This document shows, in pieces, positions 1 to 9,568 of a stretch of 64,000 nucleotides of DNA (position 1 is the first letter of the stretch; the number at the start of each line of letters is the position of its first letter). Position numbers and translations under genes: made by a program. Source of the DNA: a bacterium (lineage in GTDB: Bacteria > Bdellovibrionota_C > UBA2361 > RFPC01); the NCBI GenBank assembly GCA_030428205.1, contig JAUIBK010000004.1:44439-108438 (forward strand). Reading direction: 5' to 3'. The notes beneath the pieces were generated by a model. That model was not told the origin of the DNA, ran no database searches, and saw only the letters and a list, made by a program, of their open reading frames with translations.

Positions 1-362
1 AGAAAAATGCGTGAAAGCGATCAGCTTTTACACCACCATATGCGGCACAAACATTTGGAGAGCACGGCAGACCTGATCTCACGGGGTATATCCAACTCAG
101 CAAGAAGTAAAAGGTGTGTAGCTGCTCGATTGCTCCTAAGACGCGTCGCTCGACTTCTTGTAAGCTCTGTGGTACTCATAGCTCTGTGTGGCCTGGGAAC
201 CGTTGAGGAGTAGAAGAACACGAAGTCGCATTTCTCTGTTTGCGTTCTTAGGGAGAGCAAAGAGTGAAAAGCGCCTTCAGAGTTTCATACGAAGGTTCTT
301 TTCACACGTTTTCGCGTATCATCCTTTTTTCACAGATCCATTTCAAGAAAGTGAGGTGTCTC

Positions 363-1619
363 ATGCACACATTGTCTGCACAAGACAGGATCATTAATGC
401 TGCCCGGCTCGTAACGGAGCTTGGTTGGGGCGGCGAGGCAGGAATTCGAGGAAAGTTGATTACGATTTACGGTGCTCCGTGCAACTATAACCTCATGGTT
501 GCAGTAGCTCGTGAGGCGTATGGTCTTGGAGCAAAGCACTGTGCGCCAGTGATTATTGCTCCTGAAGTTACGGCACTCCATCTTCAGGCTCATGCTGAAG
601 ATGCAGAGCTGCGTAACTTCGTTGATCCGCTTTGGGCTGACTACTGGAACGGACTGGTCGACGATAGCGGATGTACCGTTCGCATCACACCAGCTGAAGA
701 TCCACTCGCACTCAGTGAGTGTGATGGAGGCCACGTTGGAGAGCGAGCTGTTGCCGAGCATAAAGCACGTAGCCACTTCTACGATGATGGCCTCTTTGCT
801 GGAACGCTCCCCTGGACCATCCTTCCACAAGCGACTCCTGGCTGGGCAAAGATGCTTGACCTCGAAGTGGATGACCTGCAAGAGGCGCTCGATCAGATCT
901 TGATGACTGATCGGCCCGATTGTGTCGAACGTTGGCGAGCGCTGACAGAGCTCTCTTCGAGACGAGGCGAAGCTCTCAACGCCCTTAAGCCTGTCGCGGT
1001 TCACTTCGAAGGTCCAGGCACCGATCTGACGGTTGGTCTGATGCCACTGTCACGTTTTTCGGCAGCACTCAAGACGACTGCTGGAGGTGTGACATTTATG
1101 GCGAATATTCCAACGTTTGAGAACTTCTCGACACCGGATGCTCGTCTGACTCGTGGGTACTTTGCGTGCACCAGGCCTGTGATCATCGACGGCACGCTCG
1201 TCGACGGACTGAAGGTCTGGTTCAATGACGAGGGCGAGGTTGATCGCTTTGAAGCATCGCAAGGTCGCGAAGCCTTTGAAGCTGTGCTTGCAGCTCCTGG
1301 CGGCAATCGCCTTGGAGAAGTTGCACTCGTTGGTCTCGACGGCAATTCGATCTTCTCCTCTGGCCTGGTCTTCAAGAACACCCTGCTTGATGAGAATGCA
1401 GCGTGCCACGTTGCCTTTGGTCGGGGATACCCGATGCAGATTGAAGGCGGCACCGAGATGGATGAATCTCAGCTCAATGAGATTGGGTGTAACTACTCAG
1501 AGAAACATCATGACGTGATGCTCTCTGATCTCTCAACTCAGGTGCACGTCATCCTCGGAGATGGCTCGCGTGTTCAGGTCATCAAGGATGGTAAGTGGTG
1601 CGAGAATCTGCTCTCGTAG
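363..1619 (+). CDS. Aminopeptidase, M29 family (AmpT/AmpS/PepS-like)
   Basis: Motifs ANIPTFENFSTP, RLGEVALV, NTLLDENAACHVAFG and HHDVM. Start moved to ATG 363, which follows a GAGG RBS. Confidence 0.9.
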   Translation: MHTLSAQDRIINAARLVTELGWGGEAGIRGKLITIYGAPCNYNLMVAVAREAYGLGAKHCAPVIIAPEVTALHLQAHAEDAELRNFVDPLWADYWNGLVDDSGCTVRITPAEDPLALSECDGGHVGERAVAEHKARSHFYDDGLFAGTLPWTILPQATPGWAKMLDLEVDDLQEALDQILMTDRPDCVERWRALTELSSRRGEALNALKPVAVHFEGPGTDLTVGLMPLSRFSAALKTTAGGVTFMANIPTFENFSTPDARLTRGYFACTRPVIIDGTLVDGLKVWFNDEGEVDRFEASQGREAFEAVLAAPGGNRLGEVALVGLDGNSIFSSGLVFKNTLLDENAACHVAFGRGYPMQIEGGTEMDESQLNEIGCNYSEKHHDVMLSDLSTQVHVILGDGSRVQVIKDGKWCENLLS

Positions 1620-1698
1620 AATTGTCTTCCTTCTCAATGCGGCACCCTGTTTTTCAGAAGGTATTCCTTGAAACTCTGGGGTGCTCGCAGTTTGCTGG

Positions 1699-2613
1699 CT
1701 AACAATCCTCGTTGACTGTTTCCATCCGTAAGACAAAGCAGTCTTCATCAGTTGGAGGAGAGGACTCTCCTCCGCCACCGCCGCCACCTGTTTTTGGTGG
1801 ATTGTCAGGGTCGTAGCAGTCGCATGGGTCTTTTGCGCCACCACCAGAAGGGTTCCCTGCAGTAAGACAATCTTCATTGACTGTTTCCATCCCAAGCGTA
1901 GGGGGCATTGTTCCAACGCTAAATGTCTCGGGGTACTCCTCTTCTGTTGAGCAGTAGGCGTGATAGAGAGGGGTAAAGAGTTCTTGTTTTTCAGGGGTAA
2001 GTAAAGTGCCTCCAAGTGCTTGGCACTGAAAAGAGAGGCTTTTATAAATAAGTCCCCAAGCTTTTTGGACAGAGAACTGCTTTCCTTGAGCATTGAAGAA
2101 ATTCTTGAGGTTTTGCAGGGAGCGTAAATCAACACCGCAATTATTTTCTCCCTCAGCAACTGCGCGAGCATTAAAGCCGTGCTGGCAGTAAAAAGCAAAA
2201 GTGCCTTGAGCAAAGGAGGCTGCTTGTAGCTCGACTTCACCACGCTTACATGCTTTTGCAGCATTACGGAGTTGGGTAGTTTCTTTGAGTTTCTTTCTTT
2301 TCGTTTTGAGTTTTTGCTTCTTGTTTGCATTAAGAGGCGCTTGATCTTTTAATCTTTGCATCCCTTTCTTGAGCTTCTTTCTCTTCTTGTTAAATTTTTT
2401 GGCAGCGGCACCAGCAGAAACTTCTTCTGAGACACCATAATCCCCTTTAAAGGTGACAAGGTTCTCACTCTGTTGCAACACACATCCCCATTCGTTATTG
2501 GTTGGGATAAGTTGGGTGATCTGTTGTGATTCGGCAGAGGTGCTGGGTGCAAAGCACAAAAAGAAAGCCGTGGAGAGAATGGTGGCTACGGCTGATGGAC
2601 TTCTATGGAACAT
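1699..2613 (-). CDS. Secreted hypothetical protein with a Lys-rich segment and C-terminal METVNEDC repeats
   Basis: 304-aa ORF with a signal peptide (FFLCFAPSTSA|ES), a Lys-rich helix and a Gly/Pro/Cys-rich tail. Confidence 0.7.
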   Translation of the reverse strand: MFHRSPSAVATILSTAFFLCFAPSTSAESQQITQLIPTNNEWGCVLQQSENLVTFKGDYGVSEEVSAGAAAKKFNKKRKKLKKGMQRLKDQAPLNANKKQKLKTKRKKLKETTQLRNAAKACKRGEVELQAASFAQGTFAFYCQHGFNARAVAEGENNCGVDLRSLQNLKNFFNAQGKQFSVQKAWGLIYKSLSFQCQALGGTLLTPEKQELFTPLYHAYCSTEEEYPETFSVGTMPPTLGMETVNEDCLTAGNPSGGGAKDPCDCYDPDNPPKTGGGGGGGESSPPTDEDCFVLRMETVNEDC

Positions 2614-2820
2614 TCTGTCGGTCTCCTGAGTTGGGTATAAGGGCAGAATTTTATCAGATTTTGGGAGGGTAAGAAAGGATTGACTGTGTTTTTAGGGGGT
2701 TAGAGTAAGAGCAAGATGAAGGGCAAGAGCAAGAGGGGGTGGCGGGGATTTAAGGTGATGGAGGTGTGTGCCGAGAATAGAGATGTGTGCGTAGTTTGTG
2801 GTTATAACAGGAGGTTATTC

Positions 2821-3045
2821 GTGTCGCTTGAAGAGAAAACATCTGAGCTTGGATTCCATTTTGATCGTGTGCGGGAATCTACAGCTAAAGTCATGCAGAG
2901 CATCTTAGATAATCCATCGCTGAGTCCTGAAGAGCAAGTCGTCTTACTCAACACACTTGCGGATCGTCATATGGCGATTGGTCAGCTTGTAAAATCTAAG
3001 CTCGATTTTGGATTTTTAACTCAAATCCAAGAGAAAAGATTATAA
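2821..3045 (+). CDS. Small hypothetical protein
   Basis: GTG start after a GGAGG RBS; 74-aa helical ORF. Confidence 0.5.
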   Translation: MSLEEKTSELGFHFDRVRESTAKVMQSILDNPSLSPEEQVVLLNTLADRHMAIGQLVKSKLDFGFLTQIQEKRL

Positions 3046-3390
3046 GTGCCGCAAGCTTGTTCCTAGAGCTTGCTCTAACCGTACAAGAGGATCTGAATCG
3101 CGAAGATCGATTTTTGCGCGGGTGAGAAGATTTTGAAGATCTTCAATGGGGAGCTGTGACCGTTCGTGTAGCTCGAAAAGGGAAATCCCTTTCTCGTCCA
3201 TCGCTCGCCTTACAGCTTGTGAGATAATCATTTGGCTCTCATCTTCTCCTCGAAAGAGGGGGCTTCCAAAATCATCTCGGACAAGATCAATGAGGCTTGC
3301 TACCGAGGGGCTTTGGAGCTCTCTGAGAACTTCACTCAGTTCTGTAGGCACTTCTTGGGAGTCAAGATGACGTGGATCGAAAGAGGACAT
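3040..3390 (-). CDS. Putative Cro/CI (XRE)-like HTH protein
   Basis: C-terminal half VRRAMDEKGISLFELHERSQLPIEDLQNLL...LVRLEQALG has XRE-like spacing. Confidence 0.5.
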   Translation of the reverse strand: MSSFDPRHLDSQEVPTELSEVLRELQSPSVASLIDLVRDDFGSPLFRGEDESQMIISQAVRRAMDEKGISLFELHERSQLPIEDLQNLLTRAKIDLRDSDPLVRLEQALGTSLRHL

Positions 3391-3584
3391 AGGGCAGTAC
3401 TACAAAATACAACAAACACAACAAATACAACAATGATGACCCACTACGTAGGAGAATTCTACCTCATTCTTCTTTTCTAAGGAAATCGTTTGTAATGGTC
3501 GATGGTTCCTCGATTTTTGTTCTCATGGATAGGTTGTTGATAGAGATTTGCGCCGAAGCCTTTAGATGCTCTGTCAGTTTGAAT

Positions 3585-3655
3585 TTATAACGCGAAGTAC
3601 GCGAGGTACGCGAAGGGGGGATGTCTTCGCGTACCTCGCGTACTTCGCGTTATAA
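3585..3655. repeat. Perfect 31-bp inverted repeat with internal 9-bp periodicity
   Basis: ttataacgcgaagtacgcgaggtacgcgaag at 3585-3615, a 9-nt loop, then the exact reverse complement at 3625-3655. Confidence 0.95.
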
Positions 3656-3719
3656 TTTTCCTTGGTCTACGACACAAATAAGAGCTACGACAGAACAAGA
3701 TCAAGGCTTTGTCCCCACA

Positions 3720-4988
3720 CTAGCGAGGGCGGCCAAGTATTGCTTTGGCCTCTTGCGGCATCGCTAACCAGCTCTTGGGCACTTCATTTGTCTCTTTGAG
3801 GAGCGCCTCAAAGAGTGGCTCTGCTTCAACCATAGATTGCAGGCTGCCATCATCCATCTGTACAAGCATCGACTGTTGATAGTCTCCCCGGTGCATATAC
3901 GAGAGGTCGCAGCGGTGAAGGTAGTATTCTGGATCAAAACCAGCTTCTTCTACAGCTTGTTGAGCCTCTGTGTAGAGAGTCTCGATGTCCTCATCAGGGC
4001 GAATGCGAATGGTTTTAAAGAGATTTCTCAAAAGGAGACGTCCACAGAGATCGGACAAAATAGGATCGCTACTTTTTTGCCACTTTCCGAGGTGGTAGAG
4101 CCACCAAGATTCTTGCATTGCAAAAATATCATCAAGTGAGAGGTGCTCAGGAGAATCAACGGCGAGCACATCTCTCATCGTATCATCAACAAATGGAAGG
4201 TCGCCCCTGAGTGCTCTCGCTCGTTTGGCAATAGCCCAGTTGATTCGATCGGAGCTCATGAGCACCCGGTGTTGGTAGACCTGGCGGTACATTGCGTGCC
4301 TTGAGAGTGCAAAGTGCATCATGGCATCAAGGCGGTTTTCCTTAAGAGCGAGGTTGCCGTCCTTGGTCAGGCACATTGAATCTGTAAGTGCTGCAACATT
4401 GTATTCGCCGTAGCTCACTCCAGCGAGGATGCTGTCTACAATACACCAATTTCCACGGTCTGCGTTCCAGCCACCTCCGGAGATAACCTGCCAGGTCCAC
4501 GGTGGAACTTCGCTTGTTTCTTGGAGAATGGCACAAATAGTCTCCGCAAGGTTTGGAGTGTATTTTTCAAAAATAGTGTTGAGCTCTTTGTCTTCACGGA
4601 TAATGCGACAGCCAACTTCTTCGTGAATATCTTTTGTTGTAGGAAACCAAGTCTTGTACGCCGTGTGTGAGCCAGGAGCGATGTGGCCGAGGTCGTGTAA
4701 GAGGGCTGCTGCGCTCACCGCAAGCGAGTAGTGATTTATTTCCGCTGGTGAATTGCGAGCCAGTTTTTTCATGAGAGTAGTAGCGAGATGAGCAACTCCT
4801 ACGCTATGGCCGAAACGTGAGTGCTCAGAGAACATATACACAAGTCGAGTATTTGCCGTTTGGCTAATATTTCTTAGTCTTTGAAACCACTTCGTATCGA
4901 TAAGCTCAAGAATGAGAGCTTCGTTTTCATGCTCGGTTGAAAATGAAACAGAGGGAGAGGCTACATCAGCGAAAGTAACAACACTCAT
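3720..4988 (-). CDS. HD-superfamily phosphohydrolase (dNTP triphosphohydrolase-like, COG1078 type)
   Basis: Motifs FQRLRNISQ, EHSRFGHSVG, LLHDLGH, ADR and MYRQVYQH. Confidence 0.85.
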   Translation of the reverse strand: MSVVTFADVASPSVSFSTEHENEALILELIDTKWFQRLRNISQTANTRLVYMFSEHSRFGHSVGVAHLATTLMKKLARNSPAEINHYSLAVSAAALLHDLGHIAPGSHTAYKTWFPTTKDIHEEVGCRIIREDKELNTIFEKYTPNLAETICAILQETSEVPPWTWQVISGGGWNADRGNWCIVDSILAGVSYGEYNVAALTDSMCLTKDGNLALKENRLDAMMHFALSRHAMYRQVYQHRVLMSSDRINWAIAKRARALRGDLPFVDDTMRDVLAVDSPEHLSLDDIFAMQESWWLYHLGKWQKSSDPILSDLCGRLLLRNLFKTIRIRPDEDIETLYTEAQQAVEEAGFDPEYYLHRCDLSYMHRGDYQQSMLVQMDDGSLQSMVEAEPLFEALLKETNEVPKSWLAMPQEAKAILGRPR

Positions 4989-6100
4989 TGTTCGGCCTTA
5001 AAAGTTGGAATAGGACGTTGGGTAACAATCTCAATTCCAAAAGGTTTTAGTCCAATCAGATCTTTGGTGCTGCGAGTGAGGAGCTCAATTTTTTTTACAC
5101 CAAGATCTCGTAAAATCTGTGCTCCGAGTCCGTATTCTTGCATCATGGTAGCGGGCTTTGTGGTAGCACTCTCTTGCCAGTTTGTGACTTGTTTTTGAAC
5201 CTGACCAATTTCGGGGCGTCTGAGATAAACGAGCACGCCACTCTCGTTTCTCCCGATCTCTTTGAGAGAGTTGTGGAGAGCTGTGCGTGAAGGGGGATTC
5301 TTTCCACCAAAGACGTCAGCAAACGTGGACTCAGGTTGAACCCGTACAAGTGTGGGTTTCTCCGGAGTTATTTCGCCTTTGACAAGTGCAACGTGCTCGC
5401 CACCGGATAGAGGAGATTTGTAGACATATGAGACGAGTTCACCGGCCAGTTGTGTAGGCAATTTGGCTTCTGCAACTCGCGTGACAAGTTTTTCGTGCTC
5501 AAGCCGGTAACGAACGATATCACTCATAGTAAAAAGTGGAAGTGAATGACTCGATGCTAATTCGTTTTGAGCCTGTGCATCAAGAAACTCACCATCTGAA
5601 CCAAGCAGATCGATAAAGCAGGCAGTGTTTTCTCCGCAAGAGAGTCGAACAAGGTCGTATGCTCCTTCTGGAAGTGCGTGGCGCACCAGTGTGCCGCCTT
5701 CTCGAATGCAAACTGGAAAAACATGCCCTGGTTGAACAAGCATACGAGGGTAAGGAGTTTCGCAGCCAAGAAGTGAAACTGTCTTTGCTCGGTCTGAAGC
5801 AGAGATTCCAGTAGTGACGCCTTCGCGAGCTTCTACAGAAACACACGATCTTGAGAGTGGGGAGGTGGTTAATAGCTCATCAGGTGAGCGGTGACTCATC
5901 TGAGGGATATGAAAAGCCTCAGCACGTTTAGACTCAAGAGCAACGAGCACATTGCCTTTACCCAGCTCAATGAGCGTATTCATGAGCTCAGGAGTCATAT
6001 CAGCGGACGGAGCAACGATAACTGCCCGCTTGTCAGCTGAACTGTCGAGCCGGAGAATGGCGATTTTCCGCTTTTTAAAGGCGTTTAGCTGGTTTTTCAT
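4985..6100 (-). CDS. RibBA-like protein (DHBP synthase + GTP cyclohydrolase II folds) with degenerate active sites
   Basis: Motifs VSVEAREGVTTGISASDRAKT, PGHVFP, EHVALVKG and YGLGAQILRDLGVKKIELLT are present. Catalytic motifs are altered (see findings). Confidence 0.8.
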   Translation of the reverse strand: MKNQLNAFKKRKIAILRLDSSADKRAVIVAPSADMTPELMNTLIELGKGNVLVALESKRAEAFHIPQMSHRSPDELLTTSPLSRSCVSVEAREGVTTGISASDRAKTVSLLGCETPYPRMLVQPGHVFPVCIREGGTLVRHALPEGAYDLVRLSCGENTACFIDLLGSDGEFLDAQAQNELASSHSLPLFTMSDIVRYRLEHEKLVTRVAEAKLPTQLAGELVSYVYKSPLSGGEHVALVKGEITPEKPTLVRVQPESTFADVFGGKNPPSRTALHNSLKEIGRNESGVLVYLRRPEIGQVQKQVTNWQESATTKPATMMQEYGLGAQILRDLGVKKIELLTRSTKDLIGLKPFGIEIVTQRPIPTFKAEQ

Positions 6101-6283
6101 ATACGAAGTATACCTATACGGATGAAAAAAACCCAATATCTGTAGGCTCCTTTTCATTGTTTTTTTTGGTTTAAGTTCGCTCACTTATCTGACGATTACT
6201 TAGTACGTACTTTTTTTGACCCAACATAGGACGCCCCGGTCAAAATACAGGTGAATAATTCTTTTTCGTAAAAGAGGTTGTAT

Positions 6284-6748
6284 ATGGAACAGGTTGCGCA
6301 AGGGGGCGAAACCCAATCAGCTGGAGTGAAAGTTTTGGACGAGCGTGAACAAGCACTGGTGAAAGCAAGACGCACTGCTTTTGTCGCTCGTTTTATTGTT
6401 CTTCGAGAATCAAAACGTACTCGAGCTCATCGGGTTATTGAGATGATGGAGTGGGAGCCCCTTACGACCATCGAAGAGTTATCTGAACGATTCCGACAGG
6501 CATTTATCGATAATGGAGACAACATGACTCCTGTTGATCGAGATATTCGTCGAGCACTTGCTCATGCCAATCGTTCGCTCAATCATTTTATTGCTGAGTA
6601 TGCCAAGCGCAGTACCTTAAACTTTATCGAGTCGCTTGTTGATTATGAACGCTCGAACGAACTGCTCTTCGGTGATGATGAATACCCGAAGCCTGGTGGT
6701 TGGCGACTCCCTCATGAGTTGCTCAAACAAAAGGAGCAGCAGGACTAA
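6284..6748 (+). CDS. Hypothetical protein
   Basis: 154-aa ORF with an AGAGG RBS and protein-like composition. Confidence 0.7.
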   Translation: MEQVAQGGETQSAGVKVLDEREQALVKARRTAFVARFIVLRESKRTRAHRVIEMMEWEPLTTIEELSERFRQAFIDNGDNMTPVDRDIRRALAHANRSLNHFIAEYAKRSTLNFIESLVDYERSNELLFGDDEYPKPGGWRLPHELLKQKEQQD

Positions 6749-6760
6749 GACAGCTTGCCT

Positions 6761-7075
6761 ATGTTAAAAGATCTCGCTTGCGAGCAGGAGGAGCAGTCGG
6801 CTGTTGCACTACAGTATGACTCTCCTAGCGAACTTCCAAAGGTACTTCTCTCGGGGAGTGGGGAAGTGGCACGTTTTATACTCTCACTTGCCGAAAAAAA
6901 CGGTGTCCCTATTGAGGAAAACAGTGAGCTCGTAAACCTCCTTGCGGGCCTTGAAAAAGGTGCTGAAATCCGAAAAGACTCCTTTCGTCTCGTAGCAGAG
7001 ATTCTTGCTTTTCTCTACCACGTCGATGAGGCGTGGCAAAAGCAACATTCGTTCATGAAAGAGATCGTTTCATAA
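6761..7075 (+). CDS. Stand-alone FlhB/EscU C-terminal-like protein (YlqH/FlhB2 type)
   Basis: AVALQYD...PKV...GEVA...AEKNGVPIEEN...LVAEILAFLY. Confidence 0.8.
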   Translation: MLKDLACEQEEQSAVALQYDSPSELPKVLLSGSGEVARFILSLAEKNGVPIEENSELVNLLAGLEKGAEIRKDSFRLVAEILAFLYHVDEAWQKQHSFMKEIVS

Positions 7076-7120
7076 AATAGTCCTCTGGTAGCTGGAAGCA
7101 ATCTGTGAAACCATAGTCCC

Positions 7121-7606
7121 ATGAAGCGACTCTATTCTTCCGACAAAGCATTTACTCTTGTTGAGCTTCTTGTCTCTGTCTCACTTACTCTTGTGCTCCT
7201 AGCGACTGCTCTATCAAACTTCCAGAGGTATAGGCGGTATGTCAGAGATTTGACCGCTCAGAGTGACGTGAGAAATGTCTCTGTGGCTCTTCAAGCGCTT
7301 GAGTTAGACACGGAGGAAAGTTCCAACTTCTTCTATTCACGGACAGGGCCAGTGTCACTTCCTGCGCCTCTGGGCGAAGCTTCGCTCAGTAGGGGAGTAA
7401 CAATGACCGTTGGGTATTGGTCCTATCAGTCTATTCTTCTCGGTTTAAGCTATTCATATACCTATCGTTATGCCTATGGATATCACCTTGAAGGCTGTCA
7501 CACATTCTATAAGCTCGATTATTACTTCTCCCTAGCTGATTCAGATTCGGAGATTCACTACGATCGCCGCCTCCCTAGAGCTGGTAGACCATCAGATTGT
7601 TCGTAA
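7121..7606 (+). CDS. Type IV pilin-like protein (prepilin cleavage/methylation motif)
   Basis: KA|FTLVELLVSVSLTLVLLA class III signal peptide. Confidence 0.75.
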   Translation: MKRLYSSDKAFTLVELLVSVSLTLVLLATALSNFQRYRRYVRDLTAQSDVRNVSVALQALELDTEESSNFFYSRTGPVSLPAPLGEASLSRGVTMTVGYWSYQSILLGLSYSYTYRYAYGYHLEGCHTFYKLDYYFSLADSDSEIHYDRRLPRAGRPSDCS

Positions 7607-7620
7607 AAGGAGCACTGTTT

Positions 7621-8061
7621 ATGACTGATGAATCATATCAAGACATCATACAAGAAGGGCTCCAAGAGGACTCACGCAGTAAGTTTCAGCAACAAGAGCG
7701 TACGTATGAAGCGGAGCAGGAAAAGAAAATAGCTTCGTCAACACCGAAGCTAATTATGGGAGTACTTGCTGTTCTGACTGCTACAAGTTCTTATCTCTTT
7801 TTCTCAGGGATGTGGGGTAGTGCCGATTTTGGAGAGGAGGGCCCTACTCCTCATGCGATAAGGATGGAACTTGAAAAGCCTATTTATGGCGCTCTTGAGG
7901 GAGTAGAGGAGGTTCCTGCAGGACTTAAAGCTCTCTTAGCTGTGATTGAGGATACCACTACACGAATGAGCCACGGGGGAGAAGCGCTTCCTGCGCAGCC
8001 TCTGCGTAGTAAGGTCAAGCAGTTCATGGATCAAGAATCTTCTCAAGGTGAAAAACTTTGA
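7621..8061 (+). CDS. Hypothetical single-pass membrane protein
   Basis: One TM segment (LIMGVLAVLTATSSYLFF); AGGAG RBS. Confidence 0.6.
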   Translation: MTDESYQDIIQEGLQEDSRSKFQQQERTYEAEQEKKIASSTPKLIMGVLAVLTATSSYLFFSGMWGSADFGEEGPTPHAIRMELEKPIYGALEGVEEVPAGLKALLAVIEDTTTRMSHGGEALPAQPLRSKVKQFMDQESSQGEKL

Positions 8062-8690
8062 CTCTCGATAATATATTTGGACTAGCGTTTGTTCATTGGC
8101 TTGTTGTCTTGAGTGCACTGATAAGTGTAGCTGGTTCCTATGCTTACATTAAAGATACGGTTTCTGGAAAAACGAAGCCTAATAGAGTTTCTTGGTCGAT
8201 GTGGGCGATGGCTCCTCTTATTGGTACGGGAGCAGCAATAGCATCTAATGCTGACTTTTGGGCTACTGTACGAATCTTTCTTGCAGGCTTTCTTCCTCTC
8301 TTAGTCTTTCTCGCCTCGTTCTCAAACAGGCAGAGTTTTTGGAAGCTCTCTCTCTTTGATGTGGCCTGCGGAGCGTTGTCAATAGTAGCGCTTATTGTTT
8401 GGGGGGTGGTCGATTCGCCTCGACTTGCCATTTTGCTGGCTGCTCTTGGCGATGGGTTTGCTTCTCTTCCTACCGTGATAAAGGCTTGGAGGTATCCGGA
8501 GACTGAAACTGGAGTAACCTACATAGCGAGCTTTGTGAGCGTTCTACTTGTGATTCCCTCTATCCCTGTCTGGAATATTGAAAACTCGGCATTTCAAATC
8601 TATTTGCTGGCAGCAAATACTCTTCTCTTGATCGCTGTGTACCGGAAAAAAATTTTTCGATCTGCCGGTTCTAGAATAGCGCGTAAATAA
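8058..8690 (+). CDS. Multi-pass membrane protein (PQ-loop-like)
   Basis: About 7 TM helices; YIKDTVSGKTKPNRVSW and LPTVIKAWRYPETE form a repeated pattern. Confidence 0.65.
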   Translation: MTLDNIFGLAFVHWLVVLSALISVAGSYAYIKDTVSGKTKPNRVSWSMWAMAPLIGTGAAIASNADFWATVRIFLAGFLPLLVFLASFSNRQSFWKLSLFDVACGALSIVALIVWGVVDSPRLAILLAALGDGFASLPTVIKAWRYPETETGVTYIASFVSVLLVIPSIPVWNIENSAFQIYLLAANTLLLIAVYRKKIFRSAGSRIARK

Positions 8691-8884
8691 ATGGTGAAAG
8701 CGCAGAGCCTTGGGTTGCAACAATCAGAACACCGAGAAGGAGAAAGACGGATACCATTGGCACGAGCCACCAAGCCTTCTTTTCCATGAGAAGTTCAAAG
8801 AGTTGTTTTACGGTGCTTGATTTACTCATAGTACGCATCTATTAGAAAAAAGTGTGTTTTCATTGAGGCAGAGGTGCGATGTGA

Positions 8885-9376
8885 TTATGCAGCTTCTCGC
8901 TTTTCTGGGTGTTCTTCCTCAATAAGCCTATCGACTTCCTCAATAAGTGAGCCGATTGCATAGGCCCAAACATACTGCCCAGCCTTCTTTCCAGTCAAGA
9001 CTTCAGCAATTTGTCCTTTATCTTCAATGCGATGCTTAATGAAAAGCTGTCGTCCATCAGTAAGCAGGACCATATCGCGTGGATTTTTATGGAGCTTAGA
9101 GACTTTCTTTCTGAGGTAATCGATACCCCGACGGAATCGGTTTACAGGTAACCCTTCTTTTTTCATGCGGAAGAGCCAACAGAGAAGCACGAGATCGGCG
9201 TAAGAGTACTTTGCGCGACCACGGCTTAGTGTTTTACCTGTACATGGGACAAGATTTGTTCGGGCATAATAGTTGAGAAGCGCGAGACCGATCTTTTCCG
9301 TACCGCCAGTGAGTTTTCGCAAAACAGCTTGAACTTCCTTGGCAGTGAACTCTTGTTTCAAAAGTCGATTATTCAT
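8885..9376 (-). CDS. MerR-family transcriptional regulator
   Basis: FTAKEV...LNYYARTNLVP...RAKYSYADLVLL...MKKEGLPV. Confidence 0.7.
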   Translation of the reverse strand: MNNRLLKQEFTAKEVQAVLRKLTGGTEKIGLALLNYYARTNLVPCTGKTLSRGRAKYSYADLVLLCWLFRMKKEGLPVNRFRRGIDYLRKKVSKLHKNPRDMVLLTDGRQLFIKHRIEDKGQIAEVLTGKKAGQYVWAYAIGSLIEEVDRLIEEEHPEKREAA

Positions 9377-9568
9377 AGGGCATTACGAGCAAAACAGACA
9401 AAAACTAAACTACTGGCACCCCGTGTATGTGTCAATCCGTTATCTGTTTACACAGGAGCCTGAAAACTCTTTTTGTAAGAGTTTTCATGTGTTGGGAGCA
9501 GATTGTTATTTTAAGCTACTTTTACTTCCTAAGCTAGCCTATGGTCGCGATGGAGCAATATTGAGGAC

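Noticed and set aside
1533-2330. 265-aa alternative-frame ORF and the many short antisense ORFs in the track
   Set aside because: They overlap better-supported genes and lack motifs or an RBS; treated as shadow ORFs.
6761-7075. Flagellar or T3SS locus suggested by the FlhB-like gene
   Set aside because: Only the stand-alone cytoplasmic-domain homologue is present, with no other export genes nearby.
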